Shown here piece by piece: positions 11,089-23,307 of a DNA stretch of 54,592 bases. The notes below the pieces were generated by a model that was given only the letters and a program-made list of their open reading frames with translations, was not told the origin of the DNA and did no database searches. Source of the stretch: Polymyxa betae A26-41 (lineage: Eukaryota > Protista > Endomyxa: Phytomyxea). The stretch lies in assembly GCA_003693705.1 (NCBI GenBank), contig RBZT01000398.1, forward strand, positions 1 through 54,592. Reading direction: 5' to 3'. The number at the start of each line of letters is the position of its first letter. The first letter of the stretch is position 1. A program made the translations under genes and the position numbers.

Positions 11089-14000
11089 TCGCCTGTCTCA
11101 ATAACAAGCGCCGCAATTCTCAATATTAAATATTCTTGGTCCGGATCAGAATAATTTTACTCCAATTTTCCATGATATATTATTGCATTATTGCGTCTGC
11201 CCAAACACCCTAGCGAAAAAATTTATCACGATATCGCAATATATCGTGATGTTATCGCGATTTTCAGATTATTCCGTGGCGTCCAGACGAGCCCTAAATC
11301 GTCAAAATGAAGAACCTCATTAGGTTTCGTTCCATGGCATGCGGATCCAAGAGATCGAGGAATACGAAATCCTTTCCTCGTTGGAACACAATGTAGACAA
11401 GAAGAGAAGACATCTTTGATATTTTGCGTCATACTGACCCAGTATACCCAGTTTTTGTAGCATCGCCAGTGCATTTTTAAAAGAGAGATGACCACAGTGA
11501 CAGCCGGCATGAGCTATGATGCACAGACGTCGCTTCAAGTCAATACTCTGTACTGGTATAATTATTCGGTTATGTGTATCAACCAATAATCCATCAGATT
11601 TTTTAGCAATATTGCTATCAAAATAATGGACACTTTGCTCATTTATTATTTCAGACGGGTCTGGCCAGACTAAATTTTTGCACGGTTGAACACGAACAGT
11701 TGAGGTTATCAACTCTGTCGGGTCGGTGTCAAAAGAATCAATAGATTCTCTCAATGCTTTAATATGAACAATTGGCTAATGGTCAGAAAGACCTGACCCC
11801 CATCGAGATAACAAGTCAGCCCAGTGGCTATCTTCGCCAGGGATATGATGTTTTATAAAATTATAATCTCGTAACTCAATCCCCCAGCGTATTAGTCGCT
11901 CAGCTGACTGTTTAGCGCATTTCAGAGGGCTATACCTTGAAATCAGATTCCGATGATCTGTGTATAGGTGAAATGGGCAAGACATCAGTAATAAATATGA
12001 TAGCTTTCTTAGCGTATCTTGCATAGCAAAGGCTTCTTTATCGATAGTTGCCCAGTTCAGCTCAGAGCAATTGAACCGGTGTCCAACAAAGCCCAGTTGT
12101 TGATGACATTGTTGATGAATTGGTTTATTGAAATCATCTAATGGCATTTCAGTAACAACTCCAGAACTAGCATGATAACTTGCGTCACAATAAACACATT
12201 GAATCATGTTTTCACAGGGATATGCTAACTCTTCTGCACCAGAGATTGCTTGTTTCAAGTTATTGAAATCATTCGTATGAATGTTATTCCAGCCGAAGCG
12301 TTTTAGATCGATTCGACTAGCTACCTTTTTTGTACGACGTGGTTGCAATTTCACGGCTCCCTCAAGAATATTTTGGAGATTTACAACCAAATTATTATAA
12401 TTAGGCATAGAACGAGCAATCCATTGTGATGCCATGAGAATTTGTTGATTCGTTGGAATAAGCATATTCACCAAGGCGGCGATTCGTTCAGGGTCATGTT
12501 TTACACCTGTGGAACTGAATATTCGTCCACAAAATTTTTAGCTTGTTTTAAATAAAATTGACATTTGTCAATATTGAATTTTAAGTTAAAGTTCTCAGCT
12601 AACTCTAAAGTTTTTCTAAGTATGCTAAACCATATTTGTTCAGTATCAGCATAGCCCAACAAATCATCAATCCAAATGATAAAAGATTTATATTGCATAT
12701 TTCAAAAATTTTCAGCCATTCGAACCTGAAATTGGGTAGCCGAATTTAAGGCTCCTTGGATCGACCTTGTAGGTGTAAATACAGCTCGATCAATCATGAA
12801 TGAAAATATATCTCGACACTTCTCATCTAAAGCCATAATCCAAAAGCCTTAAAAAGCATCAAGAATAAACCAAAATTTTGATCCTGATAAATACTGAACT
12901 ATAGACTCAAGAAAAGGCATTGGCCATGAGGTTGATTCACATTGAGCATTGACAGATCGAAGGTCTACGACCATTCTATAGCCTTTTTCTTTCTTCACGA
13001 CTTGAACAGGACTTGCCCATTCAGCATTATAATTCTCCTATATGAGTCCATATTTTTCTAAGGAGTCAGTGAGGTCTTTCAAGAACTCACTCTGCTCTTT
13101 TGTCGTGCCTTACAGCGAACTGCCTTAGCACCAGGTTCCAAGTTTGTCAGAAACGGGGTAACCGATGCTGGAGCATCAGGTCCCAGTTTAAGTCTGAATA
13201 CATTTGGTCGAAGCATTAGCAGCTCTAATAGCTGTTGTTCGTATTCTGATGACATGCCGTTAGCACATGCTTCTTGTACTTTAGTAATTAAAGATGAATG
13301 AATTTCTGTTTGTGCATCCTGCCCAATATCAGGAGATACTTGGACAGAATCAGTAAATAATTTATCACTATTATTAGTGTGGGATGCAATTAAAGTATCT
13401 AAGGCGGTTTTGGGATTAATACCTAGGGATATTAATAAATCATTCCCAAGCAATAGGTCCTCACTCATACTGTCCCATACCAGGCAACGTTGGTGTGGTA
13501 TTAAGAGCTTGCCCGTTTTAGTTTCCAGCATGATATCAATATCAATGGATTGCCTGATAATTGTCATTTGACTATTAGGTAATTCAAGAGTGATGTTATC
13601 CTTTAGGGAATTCACCATCAACTGTGGTAATATCTCACGGAGTGAATTACATAATCTTCCTGATATTATTGTAGCGTCAGTGCCGCTATCAAGAATGGCT
13701 TTGGATGTCAATTTGCCATCTGCTAAATAAACAATAATAGTTCCATTCTCATTACTAGGACTATCTAGAACCTAGCAAGCCTGATATAATGAAAATCTGC
13801 CTTAGCTTTATTTTTTAAACTTTGTTTGTCTAATTTGAATTGCTCAAGCAACTTTTTCTTTTCATTCGGGCTGGGCCGCTGAGGACAAATTTTTCTTGTG
13901 ATGGCCTACTGTATGGCATTTCAGGCAAGTACTTGTTTTTCGGGGCTTCTTTGCCTCTGACTGACCTCTAGAGCTACTACCAGGAAAAGCACATTTAGAC

Positions 14001-15156
14001 CCAAAAGGGCCATTTGGCTTAAACCGCTCCTTGTCACGAAGTTGATGCTCGAAGTGATCACCTTTCTGCAACATCCATTCGATGAATGCAGAATGATCCG
14101 CCTGCTGAGCAGGACGATTGAGCAGGACGATTGAAACGAACATACGAAACCATTTCCTCTTGATAGGCTTTTGGTTTCAAAGCGTCCACAAGGAATTCAG
14201 TATAGTTCTTAATCCCGTCGCTGGTACCGTAAAAAAATCGTTGCCAATTATGTAGCTGGATCAATTTCTCCATTTGTTGAACTAGATCTATGATTCTCGC
14301 CTGAGGCTTCAACTTCAAGTTTAACTTCAGTTCAGAGGCCATGACAATCGGAATCTCTCGATGGGTTGAAGTGTCCTTAGCCATATACGAATCTAACCAA
14401 TTCAAAAAGGCTTGATCGGTCAGTTGGCTCTTCTCGATCTTCATAAGATGCTTTAGAATGACTGACAGGAGATTGGGTTCAACCATAGTAATGATGCTTT
14501 GTGGATCAGCTGAAGGACCTGCTCCTTGCCGTCGAGCTAACTCGAGAATATCGCAATACCGAAGATATTTCTGCTTGAAGTCAACAATGTCTCGGATGTC
14601 GAGAGTCTTTAAGCGTGGAGGTTCTCCTGGTTTCACCAGTAATGCTGCAGAAATTGCAGCAGATTCTGCAGAAGGGGGCAGAATCGGATTGGGAGATGGT
14701 GCCGGAGTGGAACTGTTCGTTCCAATGACAAATTGAATTCAGGAGTTGAGACCTTCAAAACGTCTTGCATTTCCACATCATTGGTTACATTCCCAGGAGT
14801 CTCAGCTTCATTCGACATGTTGTTAAATCCGCTACAGAGATCTCTGTGTGGGGGTTTCTTATCAAAGGTCAAATTCAGTAAAAGTATTCTGAATTAAAAT
14901 CCTAGCAATAAGTAGATGAATCATCGTAGAGTATGCAGCACCAGTCATTTAGAGCACGTCCAGAATCAGTTATCAGGCCACGTAATAATCCCGCAATAAT
15001 TCCCATACAGTTTCCATCCGCACTCCGTAGTTTCCGGAAGTTACGATGACTCACGGTCGCTCTAGTAGCTGCAGTTCCGGAGCGTAACGAGCATTCCTTG
15101 ATCTGTTCAATAGCGACTATAGCCTTCCCTTTTTCTGCTCGTACATCTGCCCTAAA

Positions 15157-15959
15157 ATGTCCAACGTTGAAAGCCAAAACTCGTCATCTCCTTTGACGAA
15201 GACAGAAACCAACGCGAATTCAAAGAAACGAGGAAGGAAATCTAAGTCTGGAAACACTGGTGCTGACTTGAGGTGGTCCGTTAAAATTGTGGAGTCGCTG
15301 TTACGGCTACGACGGGTGGAACATCTTCGATATTTCCAGAGCAAACAGAACCCGAAGGCAGCTGGCGAAGGGTGGGCGATAGTGCTCAAAGATTTCTGCC
15401 AATAACTCCAAATCGTAGTTCCTCTTATCAAAATCCGATCGAATTATGATGCCCTACTGAAAAAATGGCGTGATTTCGGTCCTTGAAAGGGGAAGGAGAC
15501 TAAAAAGACAGGTAACGTGAAACCTGACCGCAACACCCTGGACGATCTCATACTTGACCTGATTGCACCGTATTTCGCAAAATCCCCAGGAACTGGATCT
15601 GACCTTGGCCAATCGACCGACGACGTGATCACTGAGGACGCGGGTGACGAATCTATCATTAGCTATTCTGGCGATGACGGTCAGGACAGCGAGCCATCAG
15701 CATCTCGGAAGAAGAAACTACCGAAACCGAGTCCTGACGATGCGGTGAAAAAATGGAAAATGCCTTTGCAATGGTCTCCAACAGCGTTGCCGATCTTGCC
15801 AAAGCCGTCGGTGCGGGATCTTCCCAGAATCTGGGTTCCTTCATCCTTGAAAGTCGCAACGTCATGCCCTGTGTTCAGCAGCCAATTAAAAACAGTACAA
15901 AAATCCAGTTGACGATGCTGGAAGCGTTAAAGAACCTGTCGCCTAACGGCGGCGTTTAG
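15157..15959 (+). pseudogene. Harbinger Myb-like partner protein
   Basis: LRWSVKIVESLLRLR..F..GWAIV..LKKWR..KKTGN; internal stops; convergent with transposase. Confidence 0.65.
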
Positions 15960-17251
15960 TTGATAAATACACCTTGACGATATCACGTCGCAACTTTGCT
16001 GCCTCCCCTTCTATAGCTCCTGGCGGTGAAGCATTATTGCCGCCACGAGAATCCTCAGGATCGGTGGGATCTTCAGCTTCGTCTTCAATATCTATTGGGA
16101 AGTCGTCATTCACCGAAATCACAGCATTATTCAAAATTATACACGTCTAAGTGATCCGAGCTGCTTTAATGCTGGCCAATTTTTTGATTCGGCCACTGCG
16201 AAAGCCGTTTTGTAGTCTCCCTGGTCGATTCAAAGGAGCTTTGGACAGTCTAAAACGGTTTTTTAAAAGCCCAAATGCCGCCTCGACAGTAATACGGGTT
16301 CTGGAATGCAAATAATTGTAGTTCTTTTCGTCCGGCGTCATCGCGTCGGGGATTTGTAGGGCGTCAAACAATGGGCGTACAGCTGATATCCAGCATCGGC
16401 GAGGATGACCTTGTTTGGAGGAAGCACGTGATGAATCGTTCGCCCAAACTCAGAACGATTATACACACCTTTATTATTCTCAGCAACAGGCCTCATAGCA
16501 AAACTTCTGAAGCGCTGTTTGTAGTCCACAACACATTCAGCGTTGATTGCAGGTCAGCCCTTTCGGCAGTACCAGCCTTCATAGTCAAATGGGCGTTCTA
16601 TCTCTATTAAACTCCCATCAATCGCCAAACAAGCGTCAGGAAAGCCGCATATTCGTTTAACTTTGAAGAACAAAGCTAATCAAGAAGCGAATTCAATTCA
16701 GGAAGCATCTCTTGAATAAAGAACTTTAAGAGAAAACTCGTCCAATAATGACAGGAAAACGTGATCCCGATTACCTGATGAAAAAGACGCATGGTATATC
16801 GGAGCTGAAAGGCAGAATCGCTGCTGTATACGACATTGCAACGAGGGTTTAGAATGTTCGCCAAATTGAAAGGCCTGCAATCTCATTAGAAGTCATAAAG
16901 GAACAGTATGTGTCTTTACATTCGCACGACCGTTTCAATCGTCGGATTCATATCTATACAATCCGCATTAATATCACGATCGAAGAATAGTCAGGGTGAC
17001 TAGATGTCGGTCAGAGATTGTGCTCGACGAAAGCGAATACATAATAGCGTGATCGAGGGCGAGTTTCTCCCGCACTCATCCATGCCGATAATGGGCTTCA
17101 GGATTTGTAAACGTCTTTGATCGAGCGACGGCGGGTTCCTTGGCAGTGATGCCTAACTTAATGTTGAGAGACAAGCTGAAAACTGTTCCAATACGTCTCA
17201 TTACATCAAGGCGAGACGACACATTAAGCAATTGATCGATGGCTGCAGCAT
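15943..17251 (-). pseudogene. PIF/Harbinger transposase
   Basis: CLAIDGSLIEIERP..GWYCRKG; VILADAGYQL..LTPY; YNYLHSRTRITVEAAFGLLKNRFR. Confidence 0.9.
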
Positions 17252-17749
17252 GGTAATGGCGACAACGAACGGGAGACCTTTACTACCTGCTGGAGCCGAT
17301 CATCTTGGCTGCTCATCAAAGCAACCATCTAATTGATTGGCAACACCGGCAGACATCCATTGCTAATTCGGTAATCAGCAAATTGACTTCAACGGAACAG
17401 ATGGAAACTTACGCAGATAGCATTTGTTCAGGGAAAAATTGGATAAGCACCAATGTATGCGATAAGATGACTAGATAGACGCCGCTAAATTGAAATATCG
17501 AATAATGGAACTATCTAAACTTGGAATGAGCGAACCAAAACATCGTTGTAAATACATGCCTCATTTACAAGATCTGAGATGAATGAAATCCCGAGCTTGA
17601 TCGGGGTAGAATGTACACTCATCAGGTAGTACGGTTCGTTAGGGTTAATTGGTAGACGTAGATTGCATTGGGCATTCTTGAGCCGTAAAAAGCCATCAGA
17701 TGATGGCTCCACATCGAAATGCCCGTCGCTATCACCAAAAGAGGCCTAA

Positions 17750-18950
17750 GGCAATGTAAACTTGCGACGAAGTATTTCAGAGGCAGGGAGACCAGGTTAG
17801 AGATGTTGGCAGAATCGAACTGGCGAGTGCTTTCGAGGCCTGCGAGATGTGTATGGAGCGACTTGATCAGCGCCTCACGAATGCTGCCTGGCTCATTTAG
17901 ACTTTGGATGCCTATATGAATACAATCAGGAGATTAGTAGATGCTCAATACTGACTAACATCTTCAAGGATTCGATCTCAGTAATGGTGACATTGCACGC
18001 TGTTCTCTGCAGCGAATGCAAATTCTTGCAAGATGAATTGTCCGAATAGACAGTTGGGGCGAATAAACAGAGCTCGACCTGCTACTCGAGCGTTATGGTG
18101 TGACATTCGATGGAGATTATAAAACCAAACAAGACACTCTTGATCGTAATCGATGGCAAACATGTGGCTAACTAACTGAAGTTCCATATTGTCATGGACG
18201 GGATCAAAATAAACTAAGCCAAGAAATTACAAACTGGCAAAAGTACCGATGCAATCATGGAATACCGAAGAAGACCAGCGATAGAGCAGTCCGTTGTTCA
18301 GCCGCCGTATTTGCTCTGCTCCGCATGGATCGGTGCGTCCAATCGTCTCCTTAATTTCGTCGAGCGCATCTGTTTGACCTGGCACCAGAGCGGAAAGATA
18401 TTAGGGACCATTGTTAAAACGGCGCTTTGGCCATAGTAATAGAGAGCCAAGCTTAGTACTTCTTAACATCTTACGAGCGTTGTCAATCGTCGTCCTCCAT
18501 CACGCGAGTCAGCATGCACAAGAGATAGGCGAGTCTAAGAACTTGGGAATGAGATCACTTATGTAACATATTTGATTAGGGCGCAGCCTGCTAGACGTAA
18601 ACCTCTTACCTCATACTATTGGTAAGTGATCCGTTTGCCAGATGTCATAACGTTTCTGGTTTATCTCGGTCACATCTTAAAGACCTCGATATCGAGGTAT
18701 AATTCCAGCGATCTCGTTCTAAAGTGGTTGTGTTCCTGATGCTGGACGTTTCCATAGGAGGACGCGCTTCTAAGCCATTTATCGCATATGTCAAACTTCA
18801 TTCGTGCCGTGTGAATGTAGCCTTCTGTAGCTCGTCATTCTCACGCCGATCATAATATCGACCGCAGGAATATGCTTGGGTTAAGAGGTTTCGATCCCAC
18901 GAAAACCCCAAATCGATGGCGTATTGCTATTCAGAACCAATGTCCAGGTC
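17750..18950 (+). pseudogene. Degraded SF1 (UPF1/SEN1/DNA2-like, AAA_11/AAA_12) helicase
   Basis: Manual translation: IFKDSISVMVTL; GNEITYVTYLIRAQ (ends 18586); intron 18622-18682; IEV*FQRSRSKVVVF..RVNVAF (18808-18825) then shifted ARH; limits approximate. Confidence 0.5.
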
Positions 18951-19010
18951 GCTAAGTTTACGATGTGATCTGTTGCAAACGGCAAGTGAAAACAACATGA
19001 TGACTGTTTA

Positions 19011-20110
19011 TTAGTATCTGTCATCATCCAGCGTAACGCTGAAATCCACCGAGACTCGGCGGCCCTCGCTAACAGTTGGCGACTAACAGATGAAACAAAC
19101 ATAATTAGCACAAGGGGATTGCTATATGTCCTCTGTCCTTACTCGGTAAACTATGGCACTGCTGAAAACGAAAACATCGCCAGGAACCACGGATACAGAA
19201 TGCGAGGCGCCCAGGCCGTCTTGAAATGCAAGAAAGGGCCTATGAAAGACCATTAAGAACAAGGCTTACCCTGTTTGCAGCTCTACGTTGTGGTAGATCT
19301 CTTTAAAACCACCCAAACGGTATATGTTCTCGGTAAGGATCCCATATGTTTGGGATAATTTTCCTCCCGAAACTCAATGTCCCAACGTTTTTTTATACCT
19401 CCCCCATTATGATAGTTTAGTCTTCAGCAATAACCCAAGTTTTGGAAATTGATATCATTAAACGTTCAAATGATAGGATACCTCGGCCGTGCACACGAAC
19501 AAAGATTGTTCTGAGGCTGTTGAGCAGGAAGCCAATCTCGTCTACGATACGTGCTGCCGCTCGACTAGTATCACTACATTAACCGACAATCAGGGGACAT
19601 CAAGCCCTCCAGTGCTGATGGAAAACTCCGACACGCATTTCCTCTCCACTGGCAATACAGTGCCGGCTGGGCAGCAGCCATTGTACATATAAACTCCGCC
19701 ACGGAGTTTCTAAGTATATGAAGCAGGCCCTATTTGTGCAGTCTATAGAACGCTGACTTTCTTATTTAATACATTCATTCTGTTATTGATTGTGTTTAGC
19801 TCACATCGTTCTGAATCGTAGCCGCTTCCCGGAGCGAGCATCGCAACAAAGGAGGCTACGACCCGGATTACCGGAAGAACCAGTCGGTGCCATCCACAGT
19901 TTCAGAATCAGAAAAATACCGAGTCGATTGAATTGTTGATTTGCAAGGCCACGAAGGCACACCACTCCGTCTGGAATAAGGACACGAAGGGTAACAAATT
20001 CAAGCAATAACCAATTCGGCTAATAGGAAATACCTCAGGCAGTGCACGAAATCCCTCTCTGTAAAATCTAGTAATGATACGTTCAGTTGCAATCCGATTG
20101 GCACGACAAC
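19011..20110 (-). pseudogene. PhyH-like 2OG-Fe(II) dioxygenase pseudogene interrupted by a solo LTR
   Basis: Spliced (introns 19083-19142, 19240-19269): LNYHNGGGIKK[R]WD..TYTVWVVL..QTGPFLAF..VVPGDVFVFSSAIV[Y]RSPTVSEGRRVSVDFSV..*; upstream FYREGF. Confidence 0.65.
19518..19848 (+). mobile_element. Solo LTR (331 bp)
   Basis: TGTTG...CAACA; collinear with 32127-32458; TSD imperfect (gaggc before, gaggc 3 nt after). Confidence 0.9.
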
Positions 20111-20259
20111 AATTTTTTTTAAGGGTGGAGCCTCTCGAATGTCAGAATTACCTTTGATGAAGGTTCCATAGCATCACATATTATTAGCAGGATAAAGAGG
20201 TTGTTACCCTGTTTGCGTCAGGAACTTCATGGGTTTGGGTTCCCATTTCCCTAGTATTA

Positions 20260-22200
20260 CAGTGCGAGTCACCTTAAAGTGACATTTGTTTCAAACTGGT
20301 TTAAAAAAATGAAATTTTCGTGAACTAATTTGCTTTTTTATTCGATTCTCGATTTTTTTATTCTAATTCTTCATAAATGCGCATCGGAAATCGCTGATGG
20401 TTTTTGTATTTCTTAACAGCATATTCTATTTGACGAGATGTCAAAGGCTTACCTTCTTTGTCTCTCAGACAATAGGCGTGCATATATCGATAACATTTTC
20501 TGGCAAAACGCCTGATTTGAGAGATCTCGACACTTTTTAAAGCCAATGGAACATCGATTTGAAGGTCCGTAAAAGATTAAGTGCAATTGCGAGGCGTGAA
20601 TGGCTTACAGACGGCCCAGAACATCCCAATCAAGTTGAATTCGCAAGATTTCGGATAAAAATCGATCTTGAATCCGTCATGGTTCTCAATGACATCCTGG
20701 AGCCATTCCTTTCTGCTCACGAAAATCCGGTTGTTCACTCAGAAATTGTCGGGCTCCTTGAAGGGATAACGTCCAGTCCCATAACCCCCTTCCCTGCAAT
20801 ATTGATTTTAGCCCCAAAGGCTGCCCATTCCCGTTAACCATCTTCTGAGTTTTCCTGACACCGTCGCCGTCAATATACCAGCCGTCGCGCTGTGGTTTGA
20901 CATTGACACCGTTCCTTTAACGGAAGAATCTTGGAATTTGACGCATCCGGTGCAAAGGCATGATGATTCTGTGAATCATCGAAGAATCTTGAACATAGGA
21001 ATCACCTGACTCTCAACTTGATTGACGAGGTCAGCATTTTCCAGTATCCATCGCTGTTTTTTCCAGGCTTGATGATAACAAACGATTCTTGGAAACATCA
21101 GGATGCTGGGCAACCAGATCAGGAGGCAATTCCATTAGTCCATGGCATTCACAAAGGAACGCTGAAACCATAATGCTCCTTCCTTCACCTTTTGGCCTAA
21201 GGATGTTACGCTCTTCGTCCATCCAGATAGTCTTACGACCATCGTGGGAGATGAAGCAAGATTCATCATGAGTAACAAGGACGAGCTTTCTTTCGGCTTC
21301 AGCGAGATCGCGCTCGATCACAGTATCCATCTCATCCCCGACAAACTTCGCCATTCGATTTTCATAGATATTCATTCGCCAAAGAAACAGTCCACGATAC
21401 TGCACAACGTCTTCCCGTTCATGACCGTCGTTGTAGACCCCCCGTTTGAATTCATTGTAGCGCAAACCCAAATCGTGCATCCAGCGAACTGCTGTGAAAT
21501 CGGAAATCTTGATGGGATTGCTCATTTTGAGCTTCACATGCATTTGAGATTCGACCCAGTTTGCAAACGAAGCACCACAAATTGTGTCGGGATTTTGCGA
21601 TTGCAGCCATGCTCGGCAGGCAGTTCTGACTTCCTCATCGTGAAGTAGACTCGGCGTTTTCACATGACCCTTGCCGATGAATCGGAAGTCTGTGGTGAGA
21701 TAGAAAGAAATGAGCCCAAAATTTAATTCTGCGACCTTGACAGGCGGCAATTTTATGCCGAAAATGGGTTGAGGCGACTTCGTTAGATGCTGCAATTTTC
21801 CCAATCTTCTTCGTTCAAAGCGTGAGATAAGTCTCGATTGCCAGAAAAGGAACAAATTCGTATTTTGGCATCGTTAGCCTCTGCTCATCCGTCTTATTGT
21901 GTGAAATGTCGGTAATGTGGCTGATCTTCTGTAATGAGTCTGCAACCGAGAGCTTCTGCTGTTCAGATTCGGTATCTGATTGAGACAATACATCACTGGA
22001 CGTTTCAGCATGGACGTGCTGATCACGATCATGATGAACGTTCTGCATTGGGCGGAAATATTGAGTGATCTTTGGAGCATTTGAGATGCTGGATAATTTT
22101 GCATCTTTGGCCTTCCGTATCCTCCATTGAGTCGTACGACTGGATCCTGTGTATGATCCCCGGAGATAATTTCCATGCAAGAGCCAAACGCAGCTTTTTT
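20260..22200 (-). mobile_element. IS630/Tc1/mariner-superfamily transposon with degraded transposase (DGHERxDV type)
   Basis: NDGHEREDVVQYR; VTHDESCF..W..PKGEGRSIMVSAFLC; FFDDSQNH; QPDF; ELD*DVLG; IRRFARKCYRYM..YAVKKYKNH; TA|CAGTGCGAGTCA terminus at 20260; other terminus not found. Confidence 0.8.
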
Positions 22201-22894
22201 ATTTTTTCCGGTTGAGTTTTGCAGAATTGTATTTTGTGAAACGTTAATGTTCTCGCCCTCAGTCGTCGATATAGCGCTATATTGCTTGCTGCTGAAAAGG
22301 TCAACCTCTGTGCTCAGTAGCAATCAGTTTCTGCACAATTTTTTTTGGACACCGAAAATCCGGTTTTTTCCAGTTTTTCCAGTCTCATGTTCGAGCACCA
22401 ACAAGTGCGCACACGCACTTTTTGTCCATTCATGATGTCATCTGTGAACCAAGCTAAATGGTTCTGTGAATACGTCTCCGAAATCATAGGGGCTGCAGCA
22501 GCATCGTTCCGAGCAGTATCATGGAAGAGGAAATGGAAAGCCCATTTCGGGATAAGCTTAAGGGCTTGCTGCGGGTATGGTCCAATATCCGAAATTCCGA
22601 CAAGTACCTGCGCCGAGAGCACCTTCTAATGGGACTAAATTTTCTACAATGTTACCGACCCGAGGAAGTTGCTTGTCCAGTATTTAAGTAGTCAGCAAAG
22701 AATTACAGGAAATGGGTTTGGTTTGTAGTTGAGCAAATCTCAAAACTAGATTACGTAATAAATTTTGCTTTTAAATGATTGGTCTTTTCGTTGACTGTTA
22801 ACGATTCAGATTCAATGGGAAGACCGGTGGGAATATTGGAGCCAGTTAGTGCCATCCTGTACTCTCGATGGGACCGATTTTTGGGTATTTGAAC

Positions 22895-23307
22895 AAGCAT
22901 TATTTAACAAAAACGACAACGAATTGTTACAGAAATTTGTGGAAGAACTGATGAAATACGGATTGGTCTATGAGAATCAGAATTCAAAATGGGCCTCTCC
23001 AGAGGTAGTAGTGAAAAATGCTGACGGCGGAAAACCAATGTGCGTTGATCAGAGGAGTGTGAGTGCTATCAGCGAGAGTACAGCATCTCCCATGCCGTTT
23101 CTGGAATCCATTGTTAACTATTTAGCAGGATCCCGGCACTGGTTCAAACTAGACGCATTCAAAGGGTTCTGGATGATGTCGTTAGCTGAAGACTGTCAAG
23201 AAATGTTCTTCTCATTTATGACAGATAGAGGCGTTTATACGCTAAGAAGGTCCATGCATTGAACTGAACGATCCAGTTTCAGGCTAGGATGGCTGGAGTC
23301 TTTAAAG
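22895..23307 (+). pseudogene. Gypsy RT fragment, same family as 43380-48259
   Basis: QKFVEELMKYGLVYENQNSKWASP..LDAFKGFWMM nearly identical to the ~44770-45150 region. Confidence 0.9.

Larger units (their letters stand above)
8636..11294 (+). mobile_element. Complete PIF/Harbinger element nested in gypsy integrase
   Basis: Perfect 21-bp TIR GGGCTCGTCTGGACGCCACGG (8636-8656 / 11274-11294), TAA TSD (8633-35 / 11295-97); removal restores the integrase frame. Confidence 0.95.
8400..14975 (-). mobile_element. Ty3/gypsy retrotransposon (gag-PR-RT-RH-IN), degraded, 3'-truncated, interrupted by Harbinger 8636-11294
   Basis: gag 14818-~13770 with CLKCHTVGH knuckle; protease ILDSGT (13711-13079); RT WASPV, IWIDDLLG; RNase H YCDAS..DKEAFA..YTDHRNL; integrase HHCC (IAHAG..CLHC) continuing HFDDL|YIMH across the insertion; probable 5' LTR part 14821-14975. 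Confidence 0.9.

Noticed and set aside
17750-17960. Distal half of the gypsy 5' LTR (ends ..CTAACA)
   Set aside because: No matching Harbinger TIR pair between 14976 and 17746 and flanking triplets differ (TCA vs TAA); fits the helicase reading at least as well
19489-19692. Similar small ORFs at 19489 (+) and 32284 (-) suggesting a conserved microprotein
   Set aside because: Both lie in copies of the same solo LTR with non-ATG starts outside the LTR; the similarity is just DNA homology
22395-22425. Right TIR of the Tc1/mariner-type element
   Set aside because: Only a partial match (CGCACT) to the 20260 terminus and no TA
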